Assembly: GCA_938084645.1 (NCBI GenBank)
Contig: CALKEP010000015.1
Span: forward strand, 1 to 64,000
DNA: 64,000 bases
DNA from: an uncultured Phycisphaerales bacterium
Lineage (GTDB): Bacteria > Planctomycetota > Phycisphaerae > Phycisphaerales > SM1A02
Direction: 5' to 3'
Below the pieces are notes generated by a model. That model saw only the letters and a program-made list of their open reading frames with translations, had not been told where the DNA came from and did not search any database. Positions 1 to 8,972 of this stretch are shown here, piece by piece. A program made the position numbers and the translations under genes. Position 1 is the stretch's first letter; each line of letters opens with the position of its first letter.

Positions 1-1356
1 ATCGCAGGGATCCTCCAGGGTGGGAACGCCCTCTCCTACCTCGTCACCCTTCCACCCTCCCATCGACGTTTCCGGACCGGAACCGTCTTCGCCATCAGCA
101 ACGGCTTCTATCTCATCGGCGTGATCCCGATGCTGATGTTCGCGCCGATCATCGCGAACCACTTCGACGAACCCAGCATCGTGCCGCTGCTCTGGATTCT
201 CGGTGTGACGATGATGCTGTCGCCGATCCGCTTCGTCCTTCGAGCGAAGCTCAACGCCCGTCTCGCGTTCGGAGCGAGCGCGCTTGCGTCCGCGATCAAC
301 AACCTGTTCGTCTATCCGATCACGATCGTGCTCGCCTTGTGGCTCCGCGACGCGATGGCGCTCGCGATCCCGGTACTCGTCGGCGCGATCGCTGAAATCG
401 TGTTCCTCTGGGCGAAGGCACGACCGGCAAGCACCGACTTCCGGCCGAGACGACGCTTCGTTCGTCCGCTGCTCTATCAGTTCCGGTGGCTTGCCGCCGG
501 CGCCGTGATGATGTCGCTCTTCAGCAGCGGTGACTACATGGTCGCCGAGTTCCTGGTCGAGACCGCGGTGCTTGGAACCTACTACTTCGGTTACCAGCTG
601 GCCGTGCAACCGGGCCGCATCTTCACGACCACGGTCCTCAACATTCTCGTGCCGGTGGTGAAGCGCCTGTCACACGACCGCGATCGCCTCGTCGCGGCGC
701 TGCGCCGCCTGCTGAGCACGGGCGGCTTCGCCATCGCCGCCATCAACCTCTCGATGCTCGCGATGATCGAACCCCTCGAACGGGTGATCTGGAACGAGAA
801 GTGGGCGAACGCGGTCTTCACGGTCCAGATCCTCACCATCGGCCTGACCTTCACGACGATCCTCGGGATCGGCATGTCGCCACTCATGGCCCAGCGTCGG
901 TATCCGGAGAGCGTCTTCTGCGGCGGCATCCGCGCCGTCTTCATGATGATCGGGGCCGCGGTCGGCGCACTCCTCTGGGGCACGCCGGATGGAATCTCAC
1001 TCGCCGTGACGGGGGGAATGCTGATCGCATCGGTGCTGGGAATCGGTTTCGTCCTCCGTGCCTACGACGTTCCGATCACCGGCGCGATGCTGCATCTGGC
1101 ACGCTCAACCGTGCCCGTGGTCATCATCGGTGGCATCGCCGCGGTGATCGGGCACCTTCTTCTCGACGGTTCCACGGGGCGATGGAATGGTGCGATCGCG
1201 CTCGTCGGCGCCGGCGCGACGTATCTGGTGCTCCTCCCGGTCTCATTGCTGATGATTCCGAGAGATACACGAGGCGAGATCATCCAGCTCCTGCCGGGAC
1301 CCCTTCGCCGACTCGTTCCAGGTGGAATCGCTCAATCCAAAATGCAGGATTTGTAG
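1..1356 (+). CDS. Polysaccharide/oligosaccharide flippase (Wzx-like), 5'-truncated by the window
   Basis: Frame 1 is open from base 1. Many TM helices; flippase-type segment 'GDYMV...LGTYYFGYQLA' and 'IWNEKWANA'. Confidence 0.8.
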   Translation: MAGILQGGNALSYLVTLPPSHRRFRTGTVFAISNGFYLIGVIPMLMFAPIIANHFDEPSIVPLLWILGVTMMLSPIRFVLRAKLNARLAFGASALASAINNLFVYPITIVLALWLRDAMALAIPVLVGAIAEIVFLWAKARPASTDFRPRRRFVRPLLYQFRWLAAGAVMMSLFSSGDYMVAEFLVETAVLGTYYFGYQLAVQPGRIFTTTVLNILVPVVKRLSHDRDRLVAALRRLLSTGGFAIAAINLSMLAMIEPLERVIWNEKWANAVFTVQILTIGLTFTTILGIGMSPLMAQRRYPESVFCGGIRAVFMMIGAAVGALLWGTPDGISLAVTGGMLIASVLGIGFVLRAYDVPITGAMLHLARSTVPVVIIGGIAAVIGHLLLDGSTGRWNGAIALVGAGATYLVLLPVSLLMIPRDTRGEIIQLLPGPLRRLVPGGIAQSKMQDL

Positions 1357-2495
1357 ACGGTCTCGAACGCTCCTGCCACCCGTGCGGTGTCGAGGTTCTC
1401 GAGTGTCCACGTCCGACCCGACCGACCCATGGCCCCGCCGTCGCGATCCCCGCAGGCGAACGACTCGATCGCGTCGGCGAAGGCGTTACCCGCCTGTGGG
1501 ATGATCACCCCGCCTCCCGAACGCTCGATCTCGAATCGCGTATCGACCAGATCGGTGGTGATCACCGGCGTCGCGGACGCAAGTGATTCGAAGAACACGA
1601 ATCCGAAGTTCTCCTGGCTGGTCGGAAGCGCGAAGACGTCGCAGGCCGAGTAGAGGCTGTTCTTCAGATCGCCGCCGACGTGTCCGGTCCAGAAGAACCG
1701 ATCTTCGAGGCCGGCGGAGCGAACCCGATCCCTCATCGCGTCGACATAGCCCTCGTCGCCGGTTCCCGCGACGAAGACGTTCACGTGCGTTCCCCGATCC
1801 CGAAGCTGGGCAACCGCGTCGATGAGGTGCTCGATGCCCTTCTTCACCTGGATGCGACTCAGGAAGAGCACGTTGAACCCGGCTTCACCGAGAGCCGGCC
1901 ACTTCTCGATCGCCGCGGCGGGATCCGGCACGTCGGCGTACGGATCCAGATCGATCAGGTTGGGGACGACCACGCCGTTCCCCCGCGGAAACCACTTTCG
2001 AGACTGCTCGAGCTCCGCGTCGGCGGTGCAGTGGACCGCCGCCGCCGATTCGAGGTACCGGCGTCCGCCGGCCCGGAGGTAGATTCGCTTTCGAAGCGCA
2101 CTCTGATCCATCGACCAGTCGTCGAGCATGCCACGAAGACTGACGACGTACGGCACACCCACGTCGCGACAGATCGCCGCCACCTGGAGATTCGCCGGTT
2201 CCCAGACGCCATGGACGTGCACCACGTCGTAGTCGCGGATCGCGGTCGCGAGCCGATCGAGCCCCGCTCGCCCGAACCGCCCGAAGAACCCGCGGACCGC
2301 GGGCAGGTGTTCGACCCTCGGCGTGCTTCCGGCGTTCGCCGGGTCGGTCCAGGTGACGGGGACGTCCGTGACATCCGTCGTCATCAGTCCGGCGTCATGT
2401 CCACGCCCGAACATCGTCGCGACCTGATCGACCACCGCGCGCGGAGGACCACCGCGTGTGAAGTCGATCTCTTGCATGTAATGAACGATTCGCAT
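1332..2495 (-). CDS. Glycosyltransferase family 4 (GT-B)
   Basis: N-terminal 'GGPPRAV', 'FLSRIQVKKGIEHL', and the E-x7-E motif 'ENFGFVFFESLA'. Confidence 0.9.
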   Translation of the reverse strand: MRIVHYMQEIDFTRGGPPRAVVDQVATMFGRGHDAGLMTTDVTDVPVTWTDPANAGSTPRVEHLPAVRGFFGRFGRAGLDRLATAIRDYDVVHVHGVWEPANLQVAAICRDVGVPYVVSLRGMLDDWSMDQSALRKRIYLRAGGRRYLESAAAVHCTADAELEQSRKWFPRGNGVVVPNLIDLDPYADVPDPAAAIEKWPALGEAGFNVLFLSRIQVKKGIEHLIDAVAQLRDRGTHVNVFVAGTGDEGYVDAMRDRVRSAGLEDRFFWTGHVGGDLKNSLYSACDVFALPTSQENFGFVFFESLASATPVITTDLVDTRFEIERSGGGVIIPQAGNAFADAIESFACGDRDGGAMGRSGRTWTLENLDTARVAGAFETVYKSCILD

Positions 2496-2575
2496 GCTGG
2501 TCCGAAGCCCTCCGGCACCGCTTCGATCATCACCGCATCGAAGAGTGGAACATGCTAGCGATCGAATTCCGGTCT

Positions 2576-3067
2576 TCAGCCGGAGAGATGCACTCTTCCG
2601 CCGATCAGTCCGCCATCGATGGACGCGGAGGCCGGCGTTGCCGGTGCGGTCCGGTGCTGCGGATCGGCGTCGATCCGCGCGGCCTCGGCGTTCTCGTCCG
2701 CGAGCTTCTGGAGCATGAGACTCCAGGTCTCGCGTTCGTAGGCAAGCAACTCGACGACCTTGCGGAGTCCTTCCGGATCCCGGTCGCTCATCGCGTCGAC
2801 GAGACTCGTGTAGAGGAAGGTGTAGAGCCCGGACAGCCGGTCGCAGAGTTCACGATCGATGTCCGGCCGGAGGCCCGACGTCAGCTCGGCGAGAATCGCC
2901 CGGCACTGACGGCTGCCCTCGTACGCCTGCTCGAAGTTCTTCGTTTCAAGCCCTTCCCGGGCCTGTTCCGCGAATCGAAGCGCACCATCGAGGAGAAGCT
3001 GTCGAAGCTCCGCCGGCGAAGCGGTCATGACCTTGGTGCGGAGATATTCCTGTGCTTGTTGAGTCAT
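2576..3067 (-). CDS. fliS: Flagellar export chaperone FliS
   Basis: 'YLRTKVMTASPAELRQLLLDGALRF...LSGLYTFLY...ERETW'; directly downstream of fliD. Start moved to ATG 3067. Confidence 0.9.
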   Translation of the reverse strand: MTQQAQEYLRTKVMTASPAELRQLLLDGALRFAEQAREGLETKNFEQAYEGSRQCRAILAELTSGLRPDIDRELCDRLSGLYTFLYTSLVDAMSDRDPEGLRKVVELLAYERETWSLMLQKLADENAEAARIDADPQHRTAPATPASASIDGGLIGGRVHLSG

Positions 3068-3173
3068 CGTCACCAACGTTTCATCGGCTCTCACCCCACC
3101 CAAGGTGAGTGCGACCGGGCCTGTTCCTGCAGATTTCGCCGAACACCCGGGCCAGGCGCAAATGCTGCCCGGG

Positions 3174-6100
3174 TCATCCGATCAGGGCACCGGCGTTCGC
3201 GAGATTCTGGGAGATCATGCCGAGTGACGACTGCTGGCTCTGCAGTCTCGCGAGCGTCGTCTCCATGGCCGTGAACTCACGGAACAGCCGGAGTTCCTTC
3301 GCCGCCAGTCGCTGGTCGATCTCCTCGATCCGATCCTTCTGGGCATCGATCAAGGCGTCGAAGTTCCGGCTCGCCAGGGTCACGGTTCCGTCGATCGAAT
3401 TGGTGAGTTTCTCGATGGCCTGCTTGAACAGATCGCCGAAACCGAGCTCGTCGTAGGTCGTGGTGATGTTGTCGACGGTCACGCCCGGCGCAATCGTCTC
3501 GGTCGACGTTCCCGTGCTCTCGTAGGCGGCGAAGAGGTTCTCGACGGCCTCGGGATCGTCCGCGTAGGCCTCCTCGAAACGCCCCTTGTCGAATTCGATC
3601 TGGCCCTCGCCGGCGATCCGGATGCCCACCTCCGCGAGGAAGTTGAACTGGGTGTCCACGCCGACTGCGCGCTGTTGCAGGATCCGATAGAGGTCCTGCT
3701 TGATCTTCGCCACCGTGGGATCGCCGAGCAGCGGACCGCGGATCTCGGACTCGCTGTCGTAGCTGTCGTACTGGTTGATGACTTCGATCACCCCGTTGAA
3801 GCCGTCGACGAAGGCCTGGACCGCATCGAGGATGCCCGTCTCGTCTCGAGTGACGTTGACGGTGACGGGCGAATCGGATGCGGACTGGAGTTCGATCTCG
3901 ACCCCGGCGACGATGTTGTCGATCACGTTCGAGGTGCTCTCGACCAGCACGCCGCCCGCACCCTCACCGATGAACACCTTCGCGTTGCGGGCCGCGGTCA
4001 GCTCGTTGAATCCGAGGTCGATGCCGCCCGTGTCCACGATCAGGTCGCCGGCGAGTCCGGAGATGTCCGAGCTCAGCACGAGACGAAGCGGTGAACCGCC
4101 GGTGTTGGTGTCCAGCAGTGACGCGGCCACCGCGAGCCCGGCGTCGTTGATCTTCCCGATGACCTCGTCGAGCGTGTCGGTGACGTCGAGGTCCACGGAT
4201 CGCTCGTACGAGCCGTCGATGGAGGCGCCGATCGCCGTCGCCTCGCCGAGAATCCCGAGATCGCGTGCGGTGCTTCCCGAGATGCTTTCGACCTTGATCT
4301 TGGCGGAACCACCGACCGAAGTGTCGACGAGGATCATCCCGTCGCCGTTCTCGTTGAGGCGAGCTTCGACGTCGAGGCCTCGACTGTTGATCTCGTTCAT
4401 CACGTCGAAGAGCTTCTTCGAGTCGTTCCCGATGTCGACGACCGCGCTGATTCCGTTTCCGTCGGTGATCCGGAACTTCCCGAGTCCGACGCCGCGACCG
4501 TAGTTCAGCGTCGCGAGGTCGGACGCCGCGGACACGTATTGCCGCTGGATGTTGAGACCGCGGGCGGTGTCCGCTGCGACGTCGATCTCGATTCCGAGGG
4601 CGGTCGCCGCATCGCCGGTCACCACGAGATTCTGGTTCCCACCCGTCGAATCGAAGACCGCGAGTCCATTTCCTTCGGCGTTCGCGCCCACGTTCACGGC
4701 CACGCCGCTGAGTGCCGCCGCATCGTTGATGAAGGTGACGAGCTCCTCCATCGTCGAGTGGACGTCGAGGTTGTCCACGGTGACCGATTCGCCGTTTCGA
4801 TCGGTGATCGTGATGGACGATGCGCCTCCGAGGCCGGAACCACCGTTGATCGTGTCGACCAGCACGGTCCCCATGCCCCCGAGCACCCGGGAGCCCACGA
4901 GAGACGTGGATTCGACGCCGATTTCGAAACCGAGGTCCTCCAGGGTCGTGGCGCCGTAGTCCCCACCGACGCCGTCGTCGAGCACCGTGACCAGTTCGCC
5001 AGCGGCGACGAGACGAATGCCCACGCCATCGGGCCCGACGCTCGCGGACACCGCGCCGTCGGTCTGTTCGTTGATCCGGTCGATCACGTCCTGGATCGTG
5101 CTCGCACTCGCGATCTCGACCGTGTTCGGAAGTCGGTCACCTTCGATGGAGTTTCCCGAACCGCCCCCGCTGCCGGTGAAGATTCCGAGATCCTCGGCGG
5201 TCTCGGCGTCGAAGGGACCGGCGCCGATCACCTCCAGATCACCACCACCACCCATCGCGTCGACCAGGGAGAACCCCTCGCCATCCGCGTCGATGGACAT
5301 GACCACCTGCCCCGCTCCGAGCTCCTCCTCCAACGTCGCATTGACGCGCGAAAGAAGTTCCTGGACGTTCGTCACCGCCTCGGATTCGACTTCACCGTCC
5401 TCGTCGAGGATCTGGCCGAGCGTGATGTCGACCTGCGTTCCATCGGTGGTGACGATCGAGAAGTCGGGCTGGCCGGTCGTCTCGTTGATTCGAATGCCTT
5501 CGCCGTCGTTCAGATCCGCGAGCAGCGTCTCTCCGTCGATCCGAGCGTCCTGCCGACCGAGATCGATCGAATGGATGATGCCGCCTTCGCCACCGACCCG
5601 GATCCGGAAGTCGACCACGTTGTCGCGGATCAGCACCCCGTTGTCGTCGTTGAGCGTGGAGAGAAGGGTGAGTTCATCGAGTCGGTTGACCACGTTCCCG
5701 GAAACGACGTCGGACGCCACGTTCGCGACGATGCCGAGATCGGTCGCGGTCGTGGTCCCACCCGCGTCCTGGATGGAGAGATTGCCGGTGCCGCCCGAAC
5801 CATCCTCGATCACGATGCGATCTCCGGACAGCGATGCCGTCACGGCGATGCCGGTCTCGTCGTTGATCGCGTCGATGACTTCGGTGATCGACGACGCGAG
5901 CGAAAGATCCACGATCGCCGCGTTGCCCGAACGGTCTTGGATGCGAATCGAACCGCGCTCGACGCCGGCGCCGCCGTTGAGATCCTCGAGGAGGACTTCG
6001 CGACCGAGTCGGCCGTTCCCCCATTCGAAGGACATCGAGTCGAGCCCGAGCGGCTCGAGCGTGCTGCTGGTGAATCCGCCTGACATGACCTGGCTCGTCG

Positions 6101-6413
6101 ACACCAGTTGCTTCACTCGAAACGCATACTGTCCCGGGATGGCGGAACTGCGGGCGTTCGCGAGCAACACCCCTTCGTCGCTCGACATGGCGTTGGTGGA
6201 GCGAAAGATGTCGTCGGCTCGAAACGTCGAGGATGCGGACTTGAACGCAAGCAATCGTGCGTTCACATCCAGCAAGGCGGCGTTCGATGCGTTGAGTCCA
6301 CCGATGCGCTGGAAGATGGGCGTCTTCGCCTGGGCGTCCAGCGCAAGGAGCTGCTGAATGATCGCACCGGAATCGATTCCGCTCACGAGTCCGATGCTGC
6401 TGCTGATCGACAT
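3174..6413 (-). CDS. fliD: Flagellar filament cap protein FliD, large 1079-aa form
   Basis: N-terminus 'IGLVSGIDSGAIIQQLL' and C-terminus 'FTAMETTLARLQSQ'; adjacent to fliS. Confidence 0.9.
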   Translation of the reverse strand: MSISSSIGLVSGIDSGAIIQQLLALDAQAKTPIFQRIGGLNASNAALLDVNARLLAFKSASSTFRADDIFRSTNAMSSDEGVLLANARSSAIPGQYAFRVKQLVSTSQVMSGGFTSSTLEPLGLDSMSFEWGNGRLGREVLLEDLNGGAGVERGSIRIQDRSGNAAIVDLSLASSITEVIDAINDETGIAVTASLSGDRIVIEDGSGGTGNLSIQDAGGTTTATDLGIVANVASDVVSGNVVNRLDELTLLSTLNDDNGVLIRDNVVDFRIRVGGEGGIIHSIDLGRQDARIDGETLLADLNDGEGIRINETTGQPDFSIVTTDGTQVDITLGQILDEDGEVESEAVTNVQELLSRVNATLEEELGAGQVVMSIDADGEGFSLVDAMGGGGDLEVIGAGPFDAETAEDLGIFTGSGGGSGNSIEGDRLPNTVEIASASTIQDVIDRINEQTDGAVSASVGPDGVGIRLVAAGELVTVLDDGVGGDYGATTLEDLGFEIGVESTSLVGSRVLGGMGTVLVDTINGGSGLGGASSITITDRNGESVTVDNLDVHSTMEELVTFINDAAALSGVAVNVGANAEGNGLAVFDSTGGNQNLVVTGDAATALGIEIDVAADTARGLNIQRQYVSAASDLATLNYGRGVGLGKFRITDGNGISAVVDIGNDSKKLFDVMNEINSRGLDVEARLNENGDGMILVDTSVGGSAKIKVESISGSTARDLGILGEATAIGASIDGSYERSVDLDVTDTLDEVIGKINDAGLAVAASLLDTNTGGSPLRLVLSSDISGLAGDLIVDTGGIDLGFNELTAARNAKVFIGEGAGGVLVESTSNVIDNIVAGVEIELQSASDSPVTVNVTRDETGILDAVQAFVDGFNGVIEVINQYDSYDSESEIRGPLLGDPTVAKIKQDLYRILQQRAVGVDTQFNFLAEVGIRIAGEGQIEFDKGRFEEAYADDPEAVENLFAAYESTGTSTETIAPGVTVDNITTTYDELGFGDLFKQAIEKLTNSIDGTVTLASRNFDALIDAQKDRIEEIDQRLAAKELRLFREFTAMETTLARLQSQQSSLGMISQNLANAGALIG

Positions 6414-6464
6414 GCCGGATGCTCCCGTTGAACCACTCGACGCATCGCGACCGAATCCATTCGG

Positions 6465-6665
6465 TCAGGCGGCCCGCCGCCACGTCGTTTCATCGTCCTG
6501 GTCGACGCGCACCCGCCAACCAGGCGTCGTCAGTTCCTGACGTCTCAGGTGGAGCAAATCGGATGCCCATGATGCCAGGACCCGATTGAACATCGCCTGG
6601 GCGCGTTCGACTGCGGGATCTTCGTCGGCGAGGGGTGCGTTCAGAATGGGGTCGAACGTGTCCAT
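6465..6665 (-). CDS. Small hypothetical protein (about 66 aa) upstream of fliD
   Basis: Co-oriented ORF filling the parB-fliD gap with plausible composition; no recognised domain. Confidence 0.4.
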   Translation of the reverse strand: MDTFDPILNAPLADEDPAVERAQAMFNRVLASWASDLLHLRRQELTTPGWRVRVDQDDETTWRRAA

Positions 6666-6915
6666 GACGGGCTCCAGACCTCTGCAACCGTGATTCGGCG
6701 TCCATTCATCAGGAATGAACCTCGCCAATCACGCAGGGTTTGGATCGGACCAACGAACCCGGTAATGAAGTGGAACCTGGACGATCAACGAGGATCGACC
6801 CAACCACCACCACGAGAAGCGCAAATCCCGCTTGTCCACTCGGCCGCCGCCGCCAAGCACCCCCCCCGTTGAATCGCGGGAGGCGCCAATCGGCTTACCA
6901 GTTATCGGACGCTTT

Positions 6916-7863
6916 TCAGTCCTGGGCGTTGGGGTCGAACCCCATCTTCTCCAGGAGGCCGTCAAACTGCTCGAGCGAATAAAAGTCGAGCGTCACCCGC
7001 CCCTGCCCTTTCTTCCGACCGAGCTTCAGACCGACCTTGGTTCCCAGGTGAATGGAGAGCCGCTTCTCGAGATCCACCACGTGCGCCGTCGGGACCGACT
7101 GGACCCCCGCCTTCGGCGAACCACTCGCCTGAATCGAGAGCGACTGAACCTGTCGCTCCGTCTCTCGGACACTCCAGCCTTCCCGAACACACTTCCCCAG
7201 AAGTCGCTTTCGCCTGCCAAGATCCTGGCAACCCAAGAGCGCCTTCGCATGACCCTGCGTGATCAGCCCCTCGTGGATTGCGTCCCGCGTGTCCGGATCG
7301 GCATCTCGAAGACGCAGCAGGTTGCTGACCGTCGCGCGGTCGATTCCCAGTTGGGCCGCGACCTCCGTCTGCGAGATTGCGTAGCGATCAATCAAGGCTG
7401 CGATGCCATCCGCACGCTCGATCGGATCAAGATCCTCTCGCTGCAGATTCTCGATCATCGCCCATTCGGCCGCGGTTCGATCATCCACCTCTCGGACGAT
7501 GGCCGGAATCTCCGTCCGGCCCAAAGACTGGAACGCTCGCCAGCGTCGCTCGCCAGCGACCAGCTCGTAGCCATCCGAAGCCTGGCGAACGACGATCGGC
7601 TGCATCAGCCCAGCCTTCTCGATGGATCGGGCCAGGCTCAGAATCGCCTCCTCATCAAACCGCTGGCGAGGCTGGGACTTGTTTGGAACGATATCGGCGA
7701 CCGGGATCGTGGCCGGGACCACACCGCCGGCTTTGGAATGCCCACCGGCTTCCAAGGCCCCATCCGGCTCCATCGCCGGCTTGTCGATCGAAACAGGCGT
7801 ACCGATCAAACTTCCAAGGCCTCGACCAAGACGACGGCCCACCGCTTTTTTCTCTGTAGCCAT
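6916..7863 (-). CDS. parB: Chromosome partitioning protein ParB/Spo0J
   Basis: 'LGRGLGSLI', 'QPRQRF', 'LVAGERRWRA', 'IENLQREDL' and an HTH; GGAGG SD before ATG 7863. Confidence 0.95.
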   Translation of the reverse strand: MATEKKAVGRRLGRGLGSLIGTPVSIDKPAMEPDGALEAGGHSKAGGVVPATIPVADIVPNKSQPRQRFDEEAILSLARSIEKAGLMQPIVVRQASDGYELVAGERRWRAFQSLGRTEIPAIVREVDDRTAAEWAMIENLQREDLDPIERADGIAALIDRYAISQTEVAAQLGIDRATVSNLLRLRDADPDTRDAIHEGLITQGHAKALLGCQDLGRRKRLLGKCVREGWSVRETERQVQSLSIQASGSPKAGVQSVPTAHVVDLEKRLSIHLGTKVGLKLGRKKGQGRVTLDFYSLEQFDGLLEKMGFDPNAQD

Positions 7864-7945
7864 GACTGCCTCCATGCAAGACGAATGACCGACGCAGCAT
7901 ATCGCCCCAACCTGAATTCGTCAGACAGCACACCAGCGCGACACC

Positions 7946-7961
7946 TGTTCCACGTGGAACA
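7946..7961. promoter_or_regulatory. parS site 1
   Basis: Perfect 16-bp palindrome TGTTCCACGTGGAACA matching the parS consensus, about 80 bp upstream of parB. Confidence 0.9.
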
Positions 7962-8002
7962 CCCGGATGGAGAGCGTGGGGGGACGACGAAACGAAGCCT
8001 GA

Positions 8003-8018
8003 TGTTCCACGTGGAACA
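8003..8018. promoter_or_regulatory. parS site 2
   Basis: Identical TGTTCCACGTGGAACA, starting 57 bp after site 1. Confidence 0.9.
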
Positions 8019-8199
8019 CACGTCCTATAATCTAAATAGCGATACACGATCACGTCTTTTAGCGTTTTTTAGGTTTGGTTTCGATGTTTTTCGGTGCTGT
8101 TCGACGCTTTTCTGCCTGTCACGAGATTCGCTCCGCCTTCTGCCGCCTCCCGATACCCTGTTTCACCATCTCCATTCACGCCTCGTCCAGGAAACGCCC

Positions 8200-8640
8200 A
8201 TGTCCCGCTCCATTCATTCCGTGATGCCATCGTCCCTGGCCCTTGCGACCGCACTGCTCCTCTTCATCCTGATTGGTGGCTGTCGTTCAACGCCATCGGG
8301 GATTCCCGCGGATGCCGTCGTCGCTGGGGCCGCGGAGAACGGAAGCACCATTCGTCTCCGCAGCGGACAGATGCTCGTCATCGAACTCCAATCGAACCCT
8401 TCAACCGGATACGTCTGGCAACTCGTCCGCGAACCCAACGCCCAGTATCTCCTCGTGGACGGCACGAAGACACGGCAATCGGATACGGAACGCGCCAACG
8501 AATCACAGATCGAAACGCAGTACATTCGCTTCGTGGCACAGGAAGCGGGGGAGACCGAGCTGGAACTGAACTACGTCATTCCCGCCGCCGGACCGGGCCC
8601 GGATACCCGCCGCTACACGCTGGAACTCGTGATCGAGTGA
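8200..8640 (+). CDS. Chagasin-family (I42) cysteine protease inhibitor lipoprotein
   Basis: Lipobox 'IGGC' and 'ELQSNPSTGYVW' (NPxTGYxW motif). It is the C-terminal part of the 602-aa track ORF. Confidence 0.85.
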   Translation: MSRSIHSVMPSSLALATALLLFILIGGCRSTPSGIPADAVVAGAAENGSTIRLRSGQMLVIELQSNPSTGYVWQLVREPNAQYLLVDGTKTRQSDTERANESQIETQYIRFVAQEAGETELELNYVIPAAGPGPDTRRYTLELVIE

Positions 8641-8703
8641 TCGATGCGGTCCCCGCATCAGCGCGAGGATTGCTCGGCGCGTGATCTGCTATCGTCTTCG
8701 CGT

Positions 8704-8807
8704 CGTGCTTGAGGAAGACGGTGAGAATCCGTCACGCACGCGGCACCGTGTGTTCATCGGATGTCCTCCATGGGCCTTCGATCGAACGAGTCGGGTCGTC
8801 AAGCACG
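8704..8807 (+). ncRNA. Cobalamin (B12) riboswitch, compact variant
   Basis: CGTGCTTGA (8704-12) pairs with TCAAGCACG (8799-8807). GAGGAA is followed by the hairpin GACGG-TGAGAAT-CCGTC, then GCACCGTG and a B12-box-like GAGTCGG. Confidence 0.75.
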
Positions 8808-8972
8808 GCATTCCTTCGGGCCCGCGCGATACGGGCGACCGACCATCATTGGCGTGATGCCGTATCACCCGATCGAGTCGACCGTTCATCGCACGTGGGG
8901 ATCGAACACGCTGCTGCGTGATCGCCCGCGATCCGCCCCGCGAACCGGCGCGAATCCGGTTGGAGTGCATGC

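Noticed and set aside
3081..3110. Sigma28-like GCCGATGA upstream of fliS (and TCCGATAA near 6902-6909)
   Set aside because: The -10-like boxes lack a convincing -35 element.
7946..8018. Two identical repeats with a 41-bp spacer as a mini-CRISPR
   Set aside because: The repeats are only 16 bp, match parS, lie beside parB, and there are no cas genes.
8020..8110. oriC call for the AT-rich tract
   Set aside because: No convincing DnaA-box cluster and no dnaA in the window; it may simply be divergent promoters.
6832..8199. N-terminal 456 aa of the 602-aa plus-strand ORF
   Set aside because: It is an antisense shadow of parB that runs through the parS sites; only 8200-8640 has a signal peptide and the I42 motif.
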